The notes under the pieces: model-generated | What the model was told of the DNA's origin: nothing | Database searches by the model: none | Seen by the model: only the letters and a program-made list of their open reading frames with translations | Translations under genes and position numbers: made by a program | Shown here: in pieces, positions 1 to 12,699 of the stretch | Numbering within the stretch: the first letter of the stretch is position 1 | Layout: every line of letters begins with the position of its first letter | NCBI GenBank assembly: GCA_976551045.1 | Contig: CDPCPM010000037.1 | Span: 25,234,001 to 25,298,000 of the forward strand | Reading direction: 5' to 3' | Source: Glaucostegus cemiculus | Lineage: Eukaryota | Length of the DNA: 64,000 nt

Positions 1-262
1 GTCTGTGAGTTGAAGGGGAACCTGCCAGTAATGCTTTCCCCATGCCCCCGCCACCGATGTACTTTTGGTGGTCAAGCTCTTGAGTGTGGGAGATGTTGCT
101 GGAGTTGTCAATGCAAGTAAATGCAGTGCATTCTGTCGATGGCGCACACACTGCATTTTATTAAAATAGAGGAGATTTATAAAAATGTTTTCATTCCAAC
201 AACATTAACTGCAATTCTAATTTATGTGGTGTAACGCCTAACAATATTTGTCCTGATTCCAG

Positions 263-399
263 CACCCTCAAAGAATATCTAACCGGTTACATGGAACAAT
301 AGCAGTGATACAGACTGGCTCTACATCTTGCTGTGCGTCGGAGAAAGATGCTGCTTCAGTGGAGTTTGGTGTGAAGCTCCAAGAGCAGAGGCATTATGA
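263..399 (+). CDS. RBBP8NL: RBBP8NL internal coding exon (gene starts upstream of window)
   Basis: ttccag acceptor and GA|GTAAGT donor. Encodes HPQRISNRLHGTIAVIQTGS..., matching the RBBP8NL motif SPQRISNQLHGTIAV. Phase 0 to 2. Confidence 0.9.
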
Positions 400-1496
400 G
401 TAAGTAAACATGTCTTATTGCTGCAGGTGAAAGAAGGCCAATGTGCATTTTTCATGGAAGCGTAGAAGAGCTACCGAAATACTGATACATATGAACAACT
501 TGCTGGGCAACTTCAGAGGACAAATTACGTAGAATGCCTTGATAAAAAACTAATTACAAAAATAAACGAGTCATTGTAGGGAAAACTGGTTAGAAAATAT
601 GTACACACACAGTTCAGGGAAAGTCAGGCAACATTTTTGCTGCTGATACATTCCTGATTGTCCATTGTTCGATCTCTGTTTTTTTCTAACTCACCACATA
701 GGCTCTATCCTCTCATTGCACATCAGCACTTCCCATATAATTAAGTCACACCCCACCTGAGGACATCTCACTTGTACATCCAGACCTTGCAGTGGGACAG
801 TTGCACTCACTCACGGATAGTCCCATCTGAAGTGGCGGTTAGGACCAGCAGACTCAGAGATGGTCACAGAGCTGATGGTCTTCCAGCAGCGATTGATGTC
901 TGTCCCAGGGCACATTGATATAGATGACAAATAGCAATGGACTCTTGCTATTTGCCACTGTTACCCACCCCTCTTGTCTGGGGCCTTTTTACAGAGTGCC
1001 TCTCCACACATACTCTATCTCGGGCAGATAGCCAGTTGATCATCAGACCTGCATATTGGGAAATGTGCCAGAATAAGTTCCTCATTAACAAGTTCCAGCC
1101 GGTTGCAGTGAAGGAGCGTCTCACTCACCTAACGAGTTTCAATTTGACAAACAGCTTCTCCCAGTTTTTGGTACAAGTCCAAGGCCCTTAAAGAAACATA
1201 AGTTGCTCTAAGGGATGCTCAGAACTACAATTGCAGTACTTCTTGAACCTGTATTGTCTTGCAAGACCAAAGTAATGTCTACTGCTGTACAATGCTCAGC
1301 ATTGAAAGTTAAAGGTTTTGAAGGGCAGCACTTCAAGTAACAGTATGAAATTAGACATGTCATCTCAATAATTGCAGTGGCAAAATGGCGGAGCAGGAAG
1401 TACTGTTGCCTCACAGCTCCACCAATCCTGGTTTGACCCTCACCTGAGGTAACAATTGTTTGGATTTTCCATGGTTCTCTCCCACATCCCAAAACA

Positions 1497-1765
1497 TAGA
1501 TAAGATGCCTTTATTAGTCACATGTACATCAAAACACACAGTGAAATACATCTTTTGCATCGAATGTTCTGGGGGCAGCCCGCAAGTGTCGCCGCGCTTC
1601 CGGCGCTAACTTAGCATGCCCACAACTTCCTAACCCGTGTGTTTTTGGAATGTGGGAGGAAACCAGAGCACCCGGTGGAAATCCAAGCAGACACAGGGAG
1701 AACATACAAACTCCTTACAGACAACAGCTGGAATTGAAACCGGGTCACTAGTGCTGTAATAGCGG
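1497..1765 (-). mobile_element. tRNA-derived V-SINE (HE1-like core) with Rex1-type tail
   Basis: Core GGGTGCTCYGGTTTCCTCCCACATTCCAAA and a B-box-like GGTTTCAATTCC. Nested in an older + SINE (1372-1495 / ~1885-2020). Confidence 0.8.
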
Positions 1766-2084
1766 AAAGGTACAGCACAGGAACAAGCCCTTCGGCCCAT
1801 GATGCTGTGCTGAACTAATTAAACTAGTGATTAAACTCCTAACTAAATTATTCCCTTCTGCCTACACAATATCTGCACAATATGCCAATTGTGGGGTTAA
1901 CTGTAGATTATCCCAAGTGTAGGTGGGTGTCCGAGGAATCGAGGGTAAGGGAGAGTAAGTTACGGAGAAATCAATGGGGGAGTGGTACTGATGGCTCAAA
2001 TGGCCTTCTTTAATGTCATGAATAAATATGAGGAAAACAGTCAGCTAAATGTGAATGTGATTTGCTTTCTCATCCTGATCATAG

Positions 2085-2544
2085 GGAGGCACAGAGTTGG
2101 TCTAAAGACTGCAGGAGAAATGAGCACAGTAAAGAGAAATCTAACACAATAATGGAAAAACAAGCTGAAGAAGAAAAGGGTCAGACTGGCCTCTGTACAA
2201 ACACTGAGGGAAGTGGCAATGGATCGGGGGAGAAACCGCTGGATTTATCGGATTACAGCAAAAATAAGGAGCCACCTTGGTCTACATATAAAAGTAAATC
2301 GTCCATTCAGTATGAGCCAAAGAAGGCAAGGTTCAAAGAACCATTTCAGAAGAAATGCTGTCATGATAGTTCAGCAAGTGAAAATTCCCAGGACAATATG
2401 CACTCTTATGAAACAGTCGCCGCAATGGTGAGTGTTGAACCACCCAATAGGGACAAGGATAAGACACAGGATGTGTTGAGCCCTAAGGACGGATTAAAAA
2501 TGAGTGACAATGAAGACAAAGTGTTCAAGAATTTGAACACTGAG
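2085..2544 (+). CDS. RBBP8NL: RBBP8NL large exon with CtBP-binding PLDLS motif
   Basis: catag acceptor in phase 2, fitting the previous exon. Open frame contains EKPLDLSDY. Donor GAG|GTGTGT at 2544; an alternative same-phase donor ATG|GTGAGT lies at 2427. Confidence 0.85.
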
Positions 2545-4692
2545 GTGTGTTATCGTGTTTTGTAATTAATAAAGTATCAGTGATATGGAATTACTGTTAT
2601 CTTCATTTTTAATAATTTTTGATCAAAATGGAACATACATCAGCAATGTGGAGAGGGAATAGTAGGAGGTAATGATTACTTAAGCACCTCGTGGTTCTGA
2701 AAAATATAATGCTAATACTGAAAGAGAAACACCAATCGTTTCTATTTTCTCCATAGATTAAATGACAAAATGAATTAATACGAGGATCTAGATATAGGAA
2801 AACATTCTATTAAATTCCACAGAGAAGACTCTGATATGTTTAACTTATTTCACTAATTTTTATGCTTATTCCCTCTTGTACATTCGTTACATGACTTTAG
2901 ATTTTATTCTTTGCAATGTTATGAGAAGAGCACTAAAGACCAAAGGCCCAGACTTAAGTTCAACACTGATACTGATCTCTCTCTCTCTCTGTTCCCCAAA
3001 ATTACCTTAGCTGAATCTGGAAAATTGATCTTGCTTGGCCAGATAATCCCAGACTCCTACTGCCAGTCCCTGAGATATAAGCCTGTCCTCTGGTCGTCTT
3101 TCTCAGCCAACAAAGCTTGGTGGTCAAGCTTTGCTGGTTATCAAGGGTAACATGTTTCTCTATATTTCTGATTTGGAGAAATATTTAGAAACAATAGAAA
3201 TAACATATGTAATAAAGAAAAACTAAATCATAAAAAATGTTAAATGAAAAAAATGCAAAGTATTTTAACACAAGTTATTGAAAACAAAAACATGCTTTAT
3301 TTTTCCTTTCTTCCCTGATACCCTACAATTAGCATTGAACTCAGTTCCACCATGGATCATGCTTCAGATCTCACCTGTCACAGGATGTGCAGGGGGACTC
3401 CCCAGGATAACATCTGGGGCATTTCAACAAGCCACACCTCCAGTCCTGGACTGGTCCTGGTGGTATCCAAGAGCAGAGTGAACTGATACGTTCAATGTTC
3501 CAAATACGATAATAAGTTCAGGACTCTTGTATGCAAATATGTGTGCACTGACTTCCAAACCTGCCCACATTTGAACAGGGTATATGTGAGTAGTTCACCA
3601 TTGTGTTACCAATACTTACCAGCAGGATTTGCATTTTTTCTAGCTTTTCTCTGTCCATCATTTAGAATAAATATTGAACTAAGTATAACAGAGTGGTTAA
3701 CAGGTATATTCTTTACCTTACAAACATAAAAGTCTTAGAAATACCCAATAGATCAAGCAACATCTATGAAGAGAAATAAATAAATGGATAATTTTCAATA
3801 ATTTTCCATGATTTGCTGAGCATTTCCAGCATTTTCTGGTTTTATTTCAGATTTATAGCCTCCTCAGTATTTTGCTTTTACATTATGTCCCCTCCCTCTT
3901 ACTCCTTTATTAACATTTCCAGGAAGCTGTAAGAGGATGTTGGTTCAAGCTGTGTAGCTCTTGGTATTTATTTATTTTAATCTATGATTCATTCTTTTCT
4001 ATTTGAAACTAAATGTGTGTTTTTTTCAGCAGAAGTATACTAATTGTAAAATATAAAGCATTGTTTATTACTAGTGAAAATTGAAAGATACCTCTTTTGT
4101 GATTAACATTGCAACTTGTTAGCTTTGAATTGAATAGAGGATTTTTAAAATAGAACAGCCAAATAGAGTCTTAGGAAAAACCACCTGAAAACTTGCAACA
4201 GCTCAATATTTTACTGTGAAATACAATCCTCTGAGCAGGTCACATAAGACTAAATTAATCCAGGATAGGAAAATATTAAGTTTGTAAACACAATTGCAAT
4301 AATTTCAAATGTAACCATAAACAATTATATACACAAATGCATCCTCGTAAACTTCTCAAGGGAAGGTGTCTATTACTTATAAAGTTGACCACTAATTAGT
4401 GTATTTTATCCTATGTATATTTTTCCCAGTTCCTTTGCTGGGAGCAGAGAGAGATATTTATAGGCCATGTGATATAACAGAAATTAATCTAATTCAAATT
4501 AAGAAACATTAGCTAAAATAAGCACTTATCTTTTGACTGCTTTATCCCTCAAAACCAAATTATACCACAAAATATATCCTGCAATTTGGTGCAACTTCAT
4601 AATTGCTCTTCTAAGTATGTGGAATAAGTATTGATGTATTGTATGAATTATACTTATGAGCTGAGATGGAGGATCAGATACTCTGCTTACAG

Positions 4693-4801
4693 GAACAAAA
4701 TGACAGGACTTCTAAATCCAGAGAGACAGACAACAATCCAAGAATTAAAATGAAACTATGCACAATGAGACCCAAGACCAGGAATGGCAGAAATCCAAGT
4801 G
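4693..4801 (+). CDS. RBBP8NL: RBBP8NL exon (EQNDRTSKSRE...RNPS)
   Basis: cttacag acceptor, G|GTGAGA donor. Phase 0 to 1 fits both neighbours. Low-conservation hydrophilic sequence. Confidence 0.65.
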
Positions 4802-5641
4802 GTGAGAATATTAATTTTCAAAAGTTAATGGAACTTTTAAGTTTGTAATCTCCAATTTCAGATTCTATTTACAAAAGGGGTGAAAATTTCCATCACCTGT
4901 TATGATTTTGCTGCACTCAATTCTCATACCAAATGTTCCCCCACTGTGGATTATCTAGAGCAAAGAATTAAAAGATCTTTGTTTATTCATGCATGAGTTG
5001 TAAGTGGGAAAGATGCCAGAGTTTTGTTTTATTTTCAAAAATAAACTTATTCATAACCTTAAAAATATATACAAAGGAAGAAAAAGTGCAAAATCAGACC
5101 TGTCCCATTCATGGTTGTTACATTCAGTAGTGTAAACTTTAAATGCTAATAGTCAAATGGCAACCCCTCTGTGTTTTGTCTTCTTGGTAATTTAGGTGAT
5201 TACTGACATCACATCAATGTACATATGTTTGATGGAGGTTTCACTTTTGGCTTTCCCAAAAGAAAATTAACATCAACAAACAATCTTTTTTTTTAATCAG
5301 GAATCCACCTTTTTATTGCTGTTAATAGAATTGCTTGCCTGGAGTTGCCTGTGACTGGGCTTCATTATGAATATATATGTTACATTAAAAATTGCAAGAA
5401 AGATTGCATGATTTTGAAACCACAAAAGTTGTTTTAATATAGGAGGGATTTTTTTTTAAACTACAACTGTAATTCTCCAAGAACATAGGCTTATTAGTTT
5501 CACACATTTGTGTTATACATGTGTTTTATTGGAAGCAAAAACTACAAGTAGACAAAAATTCAAATTTGCTTTCAACCAGATTAACATATGTGTATACTAT
5601 AAATTCTGGTGCAATTCACTCACTTCTTTTTCTTCACTCAG

Positions 5642-5703
5642 TGGAAGTGCATCTTCGGTTTTTGAACACCCAGCCAGATTCACATGATCCCTCTGAATGT
5701 GAG
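5642..5703 (+). CDS. RBBP8NL: RBBP8NL exon (VEVHLRFLNTQPDSHDPSECE)
   Basis: Long pyrimidine tract plus cag, donor GAG|GTTAGT, phase 1 to 0. Acidic end resembles the RBBP8NL DETDTSGSE segment. Confidence 0.7.
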
Positions 5704-6969
5704 GTTAGTACAGTAGCTATGTCATGGAGATAGTCTGATCCACAAGTGAGGAAGCCTTCAGAGCTTACAAGTTCTGTTGTCTTGACTGGAATGTAAAGAA
5801 TTGTACTTTGTGGTTAAGTGTTTTCATAGTGTTTCCTGCTATGTCACTGGCTGAATTTTAACAGTATAAATTGTGAATAATTTAGAAGCTATTTTGAATG
5901 TTACACAGTGAGGCCAGAATGCTATTATAGCACCAGAGAAATTATTATAGTTTTGAAAGAGCAAACTATGGCAGCTGTTCCTCCTACTGACTTTGTATTA
6001 ACTAAACATCTAGGCGGTCTGTGCAGAGGAAAATCAAATTTCATGCTTTTAACAGAGTCTGATTGTTTTTTCTATCATTGGAATGGTTTGAAAATTAGCT
6101 GGCTTTCATTCTTAGCGTAGGTTTCCCTCTTCCCACTTGCTGCCTATGCATCTATATCAGGTGATATTCAGCATCCCAATGTAAAAGAAGCTTTGCTTCA
6201 CTGTGTGATGAAGTTCACACTTTGGAAAAGGGGCTAATTGATTATACCCTCAACGGGAATATTACTCTCTCATTAATACATACGTAACGCTCCTCTGATC
6301 ATCACCTGCAGCTACAGTACATGATAAATGTGTTTGTGATGGTTTTAGGCCATGTTCTACAGCAACTCAGATCTGTGATATTATTAGAAATCCAAACAAA
6401 GTTGCTTTTAATGAAGGCATTTATTATGGGTGTAGCAACATATTCTCTGTTTAAGACATATTTTTCAAAATAATGCACAGAAAGATCTTTACCACATAGA
6501 TAAGGAATCTAGTGATGAACACTTCTATTCACACTATTGGAAAAAAAAATAGGTTCTATAATAATTTTAGAAAATGCAAGAAATATTCAATGGGTTAATC
6601 AACCTCTGTGGAGAAAATATAGGTTAGTGTTTCAGTAGTGCTGAAAACAAACATGAACAAGAAATGTTCCTTTGTATTCATTTTGGAATAAAGGTACATT
6701 ATTGAAGCACTATTTCCATTTTCATGTTTACTGCCCTGATATGTATTTCTTGTATTTTCTGTTGGTTCAAATTTCCAATGTTTCCAAGGATTTTTTTTTT
6801 TCATTTTTACCATTATACCATGTCAGTGTTATAACAAAGTGACCTTAGAGTTAAGAATGTTGATTTTGATCTTAAAATTATTTCATAACTTCCTGTAGTT
6901 AGGCAATTTAATCATAGAAACCTATACCAATCAGATTACAGAAAGCAGATACTTAAAGATTATTAGATT

Positions 6970-8440
6970 AGAACACAAGAAAACAGGAGCAGGAGTAGGT
7001 GACCAGGCCCCTCACACCTGCCCTGCTGTTCAATATGATCATGGCTATCTGTGCTATCCTCAACTCCTGTGCCAGCTCCCAATTACCCTCAACATAGAAA
7101 CATAGAAAACATAGAAAAACCACAGCACAATTCAGGCCCTTCGGCCCACAAAGCTATGCCGAACATGTCCCTACACTAGAAATTACTGGGCATTCCCATA
7201 GCCCTCTATCTTACTAAGCTTGATGTACCTATCTAACAGTCTTTTGAGAGAGCCTATCGTATCCGCCTCCACCACTGCTTCCAGCAGCCCATTCCACGCA
7301 CTCACCACTCTCTGAGTAAAAAACTTTCCCCTGACATCTCCTCTATATCTACTCCCCAGCACCTTAAACCTATGTCCTCTTGTGACCACCATTTCAGCCC
7401 TGGGGAAAAGCCTCTGACTATCTACCCGATCAATACCTCTCATCATCTTATATACCTCTATCAGGTCCCCCCTCATCCTCCTTCTCTCCAAGGAGAAAAG
7501 GCCGAGTTCCCGCAACCTGCTCTCATAAGGCATGCTCTGCATTCCAGGCAGAATCCTCGTAAACCTCCTCTGCACCCTCTCTATGGCTTCCACATCTTTC
7601 CTGTAGTGAGGCAACCAGAACTGAACACAATACTCCAGGTGGGGTCTGACCAGGGACCTATATAACTGAAGCATTACCTCCCGGCTCCTAAATTCAATAC
7701 CACGACTGATGAAGGACAACACACCATATGACTTCTTAACCACAGAGTCAACCTGTGCAGCCGCCTTGAGCGTCCTATGGACTCGATCTTTCAAATATTT
7801 ATCTATCTCTACCTGAAATATATCTGATGATCTGGCCTCCACCATCTTTGGGAGCAGAAAATTCCAGAAATTGACTGCCCTCTGAGAGAAGAAATTTCCA
7901 TATACCTCAGTTTTACATGAATGACCCTTATTTTGTAGTTATGTCTTGTTATTTTGACTTTCCCACGAGTGAGGACATCTCAACATTTACCCTGTCAAGC
8001 CCCTTAGAATTTTATGTGCTCACCCATCATTCTTCTAAACTCCAAGGAATATAGACCCAAACTGAGTGATATGGGGAACCGGCAGAGAAAAGGATTTGAG
8101 GCCAGCAAAGATCAGCTATTATTATATTGAATGCCAGGCAAGGCTTGAGGGGTGGAGTGGCCTGCTCCTACTCGTATTTTCTTGTGTTCTTGTGTTCTGC
8201 ATGGTCTCTCTTGATAGCACAACCTTTTCATCCCAGGAATTAGCCTGGTGAATCTCCTTTGGACCGTCTCCGATTCCACTATATCCCTTCGTAGGAAAGG
8301 ATATTGTAGACCTATGACATCACCAACACCCTGTGCAACTGTCCCATTCTTAAACTCCAAACCCTTTGCAGCATAGGCCAAAAATGTCACTTGCCTTCTT
8401 ATCTATCTGTTGGACCTGGCTGCTAACCTTTTTTTGATTC
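6970..8440 (-). mobile_element. Older CR1 fragment, interrupted at 7093-7785 and by a + strand CR1 tail at ~8066-8197
   Basis: aggagcaggagtagg-type tail. Sequence resumes after each insert. Encodes ETVQRRFTRLIPGMK. Confidence 0.75.
7093..7785 (-). mobile_element. Young CR1 LINE 3' fragment nested in an older CR1
   Basis: Uninterrupted frame LYRSLVRPHLEYCVQFW...ERVQRRFTR...RGHRFKV, with (TTCTATG)n tail. Confidence 0.92.
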
Positions 8441-10079
8441 GTACATTGATATACAGTTGTTCAGATGCTGACAATGAGTACTGGATCAAATGAGTAATTG
8501 CTGTTAATAACAAGGTCGTTTAGCATCTATTAGTAATAAAACAGAAGACGCTGGAAAAACATCTTTAATGGGAAGTTGATGGGAAAGTGGGGACAATAAA
8601 ATTGTCTAGGATGGTTCAAGTGTAAAATTGGGTACTTGATGGTCAGCACAGTCTCAGTGAGCTGAAGGGCCTGTTTCTGTGCTGCATCTCTCTATGACTC
8701 TTTAACTATGATTCTATGACTTTATAAATCAGCAGTTCAGGTAACATCTGTGGAAAGAAAAGCAGTTGAAGTTTCATGTCCCAGGCCCTTCCTTAGAACT
8801 GAGAAAGCTAGGAGCAAATTAGTCTCAACAGCAAGGAAGGAACAGAGGGTAACAGGTAGAACAAGGGGAATTTCTCTGTTAGGGTGAAATAGTGCGGTGG
8901 TTAAAATTAGGTTCAACTTCTTTGTCTGTGTAATGTGTTGCTAATATTGTGTAGTGTGTGATTTTTTTTTCCCCCTGTTGCTGAAGAAAGCTGGTAGATT
9001 TGCCAAGGTTTCCAAATTTCTACTTCCAGGTTAACAAAACCAAAATGGTTTGATTGCATATCTTACTTGTTTGAATATTTTTGAAATGTCATTTCTGGGA
9101 ATTGAGGTGTGATAGATATGTGATAAGCCCGATAATATGCACAAGGATGACTGATTAATATAGTTAACTTTAATACTGCATAGGAGATCAATTGGCTCAA
9201 CAAGGCTTTGCTGGTTCTCAGAGTTACCCCTTCAGTTCCATTCTCTGTATAATCTATTCTCCCTCATATGCCAATTAACTCCATTCTGATGCTCCTGCCA
9301 TCTACCTGCACAAGGATTAATGTACAGTGGGCAACCTACCAGTCAGCACATTTTTGGATGTGGGAGGAAACTGGAGCACGTGGGAGAAACCTGTGAAATC
9401 ACAGAGAGAACATGCAAATTCTACACGAAGGTTGCTGGAGCTATGAGGCAGAAGCACTATCTGCCCCTATGTCTAATCCTAAGCATTATGTAAGACTATA
9501 CAGTTAGATGTATGCTACCAAAATAAATCCTAGAACAATGAATAGCTGGGATGCAAAGATGCAATCAAACCTGTTTTACTGCAAAATTCTTCTCCCATCT
9601 TCATTACAAATTATTATTATCAATGATGCACAGGGAAGTCTGCATAGATTTTCACAGATTTTTGGAGAGATACATATGTCTGTCCTTAGTGTTATGGGGT
9701 GAATGGGTGAATGCCTTCATACATTCAAGCTTGCTTATTTTTCTGGCTGATTATTGGAGGCTGGCAGGGTGGGTTGCAGGTTATGGATGCCCTACTTACC
9801 CTCAGCAATGACAATGAATAGAATCTACTCATTCAATAGAAAACAGTCCAAAGAAGTCTGTTTAAAAAGCCCCTTAAAAATTAAGAATGACCAAGTCCTC
9901 ACTTAGTAGTTTCAACAATAGCATCCAATCACTGGCTTTAGATGCAGGGAGCAAATAAATCTGCTGATTATTAGATGCCATTAAAATGGTACAAAAATAA
10001 AGTTCAGTGGGAAAAGAGAACTGTAGCTCCCTAAGGTTTGTGGTTTTCCATTTTGAATTTGCATTTTTCACCATATTAG

Positions 10080-10209
10080 GCTGATAAATTCCAAGGAGCA
10101 CACGAGATCCAAGGGAGTAAACCTGAAAATGAGAAGCAACAATCACAACGGAGCGCAGGCCATCCAAAGAAAAAGAAAAAGAAGAAACCCCAGGACTATT
10201 GGACATCCG
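10080..10209 (+). CDS. RBBP8NL: RBBP8NL exon with poly-Lys NLS-like tract (HPKKKKKKKPQDYWTS)
   Basis: attag acceptor, G|GTAAGA donor, phase 0 to 1. Basic cluster corresponds to the RKRKR region of RBBP8NL. Confidence 0.75.
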
Positions 10210-10949
10210 GTAAGAATGGATCCGTTTCTGATAGATTTGTATTTACGTTAAACAAAAGGCTGTCTTTTTTTCTTACTGTTCAAACATCCCAAACTACTGT
10301 GCAGCCATTGCAGTGGTTTTAAAGATTAGTTGTGTAGAAAATGTGATAACCAGTTTGCAAACAGCAAACATCCACATTAATTTCAATGAAGCAATACTTG
10401 TGCTGGGTTTAATCTGGTGTAGTGCACTGGACAAACCTGCCACCCTCAGAGCTGGGAAGCTGTGGAAGTTTGTGCTACCCTGTTGGAATGCATGGGGAGG
10501 CCACCAGTGCAGTGTAAGGGCAGCCAACATCACGGGTGGGACAGCAGAAGGTGTCACCGTCATGTTTAATCAACAGGAGCACTGTACTATAGGATTCCAA
10601 GGAGCACAGGGGTAAGTCTGACAGAAGTACCAACACTTAGCTGGATGATTTTCCCCATTCTCTTAACAATTTTGAGTAAGGAATATATATTATCCAGGAC
10701 ACAAGGAACAATTGAAATAAGAACAGAAAATGCTAGAAATGCCCAGGTGACGGCTGTGAATTAGCCAGTGACTATTCATCAGAGATCATTGGACTGAAAT
10801 ACTAAATCTGTTTCTATCTCACAGATGCTGCCTGACCCATTGAGTACTTCCAGCATCTTCTGTTTTGTATTTTGGATTTTCAGAATCTGGAGTATTTTTT
10901 TTAAGTTAGGGATAATATCTCTGGTCTACTTCAAGGCAGGGCTTTGGGA

Positions 10950-11446
10950 TTCATTACTGCTGAGTGTTGAAAAGGCCCTGGTTTAATTTTCCATCCAAAG
11001 ACAACATAAGATATATAAGATCTTTATTAGTCACATGTACATCAAGACACACAGTGAAATGCATCTTTTGTGTAGAGTGTTCTGGGGGCAGCCCGCAAGT
11101 GCCGCCATGCTCCTGGCACCAACTTAGCACGACCACAACTTCCTAACACATATGTCTTTGGAATGTAGGAGGAAACCAGAGTACCCAGAGGAAACCCAAG
11201 CAGACATGGGGAGAACATACAAACTCCCTACAGACAGCAGCCAGAATTGAACCCGGGTCTCTGGTGCTGTAATAGCGATACGATAACTCTACACTTCCGT
11301 GCCTGCCCTCTGACAATGCAGCAGTATCTCACTACTGCAGTGTAATATCAGCCTAGATTTTTACATTTGAGTCTCTGATAATGGAACACGAACCCTGAGT
11401 CTACTGACTCAGAGGCAGGAGTGCCACTAACCAAGACATGACTGAC
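10950..11446 (-). mobile_element. Deu-SINE (SacSINE1/AmnSINE1-like); other copies at ~15750-16060, ~17100-17205 and ~31690-31895
   Basis: Minus strand aggctga...actgcagtagtgag..ctgctgcattgtcagag..gtctttggatgga...taaaccagggcc resembles the Deu core, preceded by a tRNA-like head. Confidence 0.65.
11006..11308 (-). mobile_element. V-SINE, full length, nested in a Deu-SINE
   Basis: Highly similar to 1497-1765 and 39548-39815. Confidence 0.85.
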
Positions 11447-12699
11447 AAAAGGAGAATTGTACAAAAGCCTTTCCATAGATCAACAATCCAGATAGGGGCC
11501 AAAGACTTTGAAGTAATAAAGCCTTGATCTCAACATGGTGGTATATAACCATCTCTTCTAGAAACACAGCATTGAATATCCCCACTGCCCAGTTATTAGC
11601 AGTCTGTATTAATCCATACTTAACTGTTACTGAAATCAAACATGAAATTTCCATATGGAACTTAGATCTTCATCAGGCTGCTAATGAAAGTTGGTTGCCA
11701 AGTTACACTCTCTTACATATTAACATAATCCCTTTGGGCGTAGGACAGTGCAGACAAACATGGGACAAGAAGTGGAAATGCTTCCCAGCTTTTGTCTGGG
11801 GACATGTGTGTGCAGTTTGCAGAAAAATCTAACCCAATAACATGGGGTAAAGATCCCCCACTTGATTTGGTTAAACAGGTATCAGAACAGGAAATGCAGA
11901 ACTGTAAGTGATTATACATCCTTTCTTGCTGGTCACAATGCTCTCAAGGGTAAAAATGGTTATAATCCACTCCCTCTTAAAACAGAATAAAATGAACATT
12001 TGAGACTACTATACCAGGGGCTTTGATGTTCTGGATTCCCTGCTGAGTTGCTGAATTATGATTTGCTTCTTAAATGTCTTTCAGTCAAAGATTCTGCAGG
12101 AGGGTTGTGCCTTTGACAGTTGTTTTGCTGGGAGACCTGTCACTTTACATTAATTATCAACTGTCTGACCACCATGCCTAGTTTCGTAATGTCCTTCACT
12201 CTCCATAGGACCTTGGACTAATATGGTGAAGAGAATTCAAGCCCTCCTGCCCTTACCCATGCTGTTCTGCTAGTTTCCTTGCTGTTGTCGGTCAGACAGA
12301 CAGACAGCTTGAACCTCTGTCACTTTGCTGAGTTGGTGCAGTGTGTCGCTTGGCTTTCCAGACCCAGAGCTGCTCAAGGTTACCCTCCAAAGTCATAAGC
12401 AGCCTTACCTGCAATTCAGCAGCCTTTCACCAACCTCTGGGAAGCTATTTGCATGGCACTTCACTGACATAGATACAAATGGAATGCACTGGATGACTTT
12501 TGTATACAATATGAGATGCTTTCAGTCATAAATTGGTTTTAAATATTGTGTTGGATATTAACTTTCCTTGGTGACTGGGACACTGTGATGATCAGTGGCA
12601 GTGGGAAGCCAAAGATGATTAATTGGTTGATGAGTCAATGAAGAGATTGGTGTTCCATTTATTGGTATCAGAGTTGAATTAATTCTTCATGGTGGAGCG

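Noticed and set aside
3333-3481. Additional RBBP8NL exon
   Set aside because: The phase-0 reading required by the upstream donor hits stops, and there is no motif support.
7183-7845. 220-aa protein-coding gene
   Set aside because: Chimeric reading of two nested, 5'-truncated CR1 fragments.
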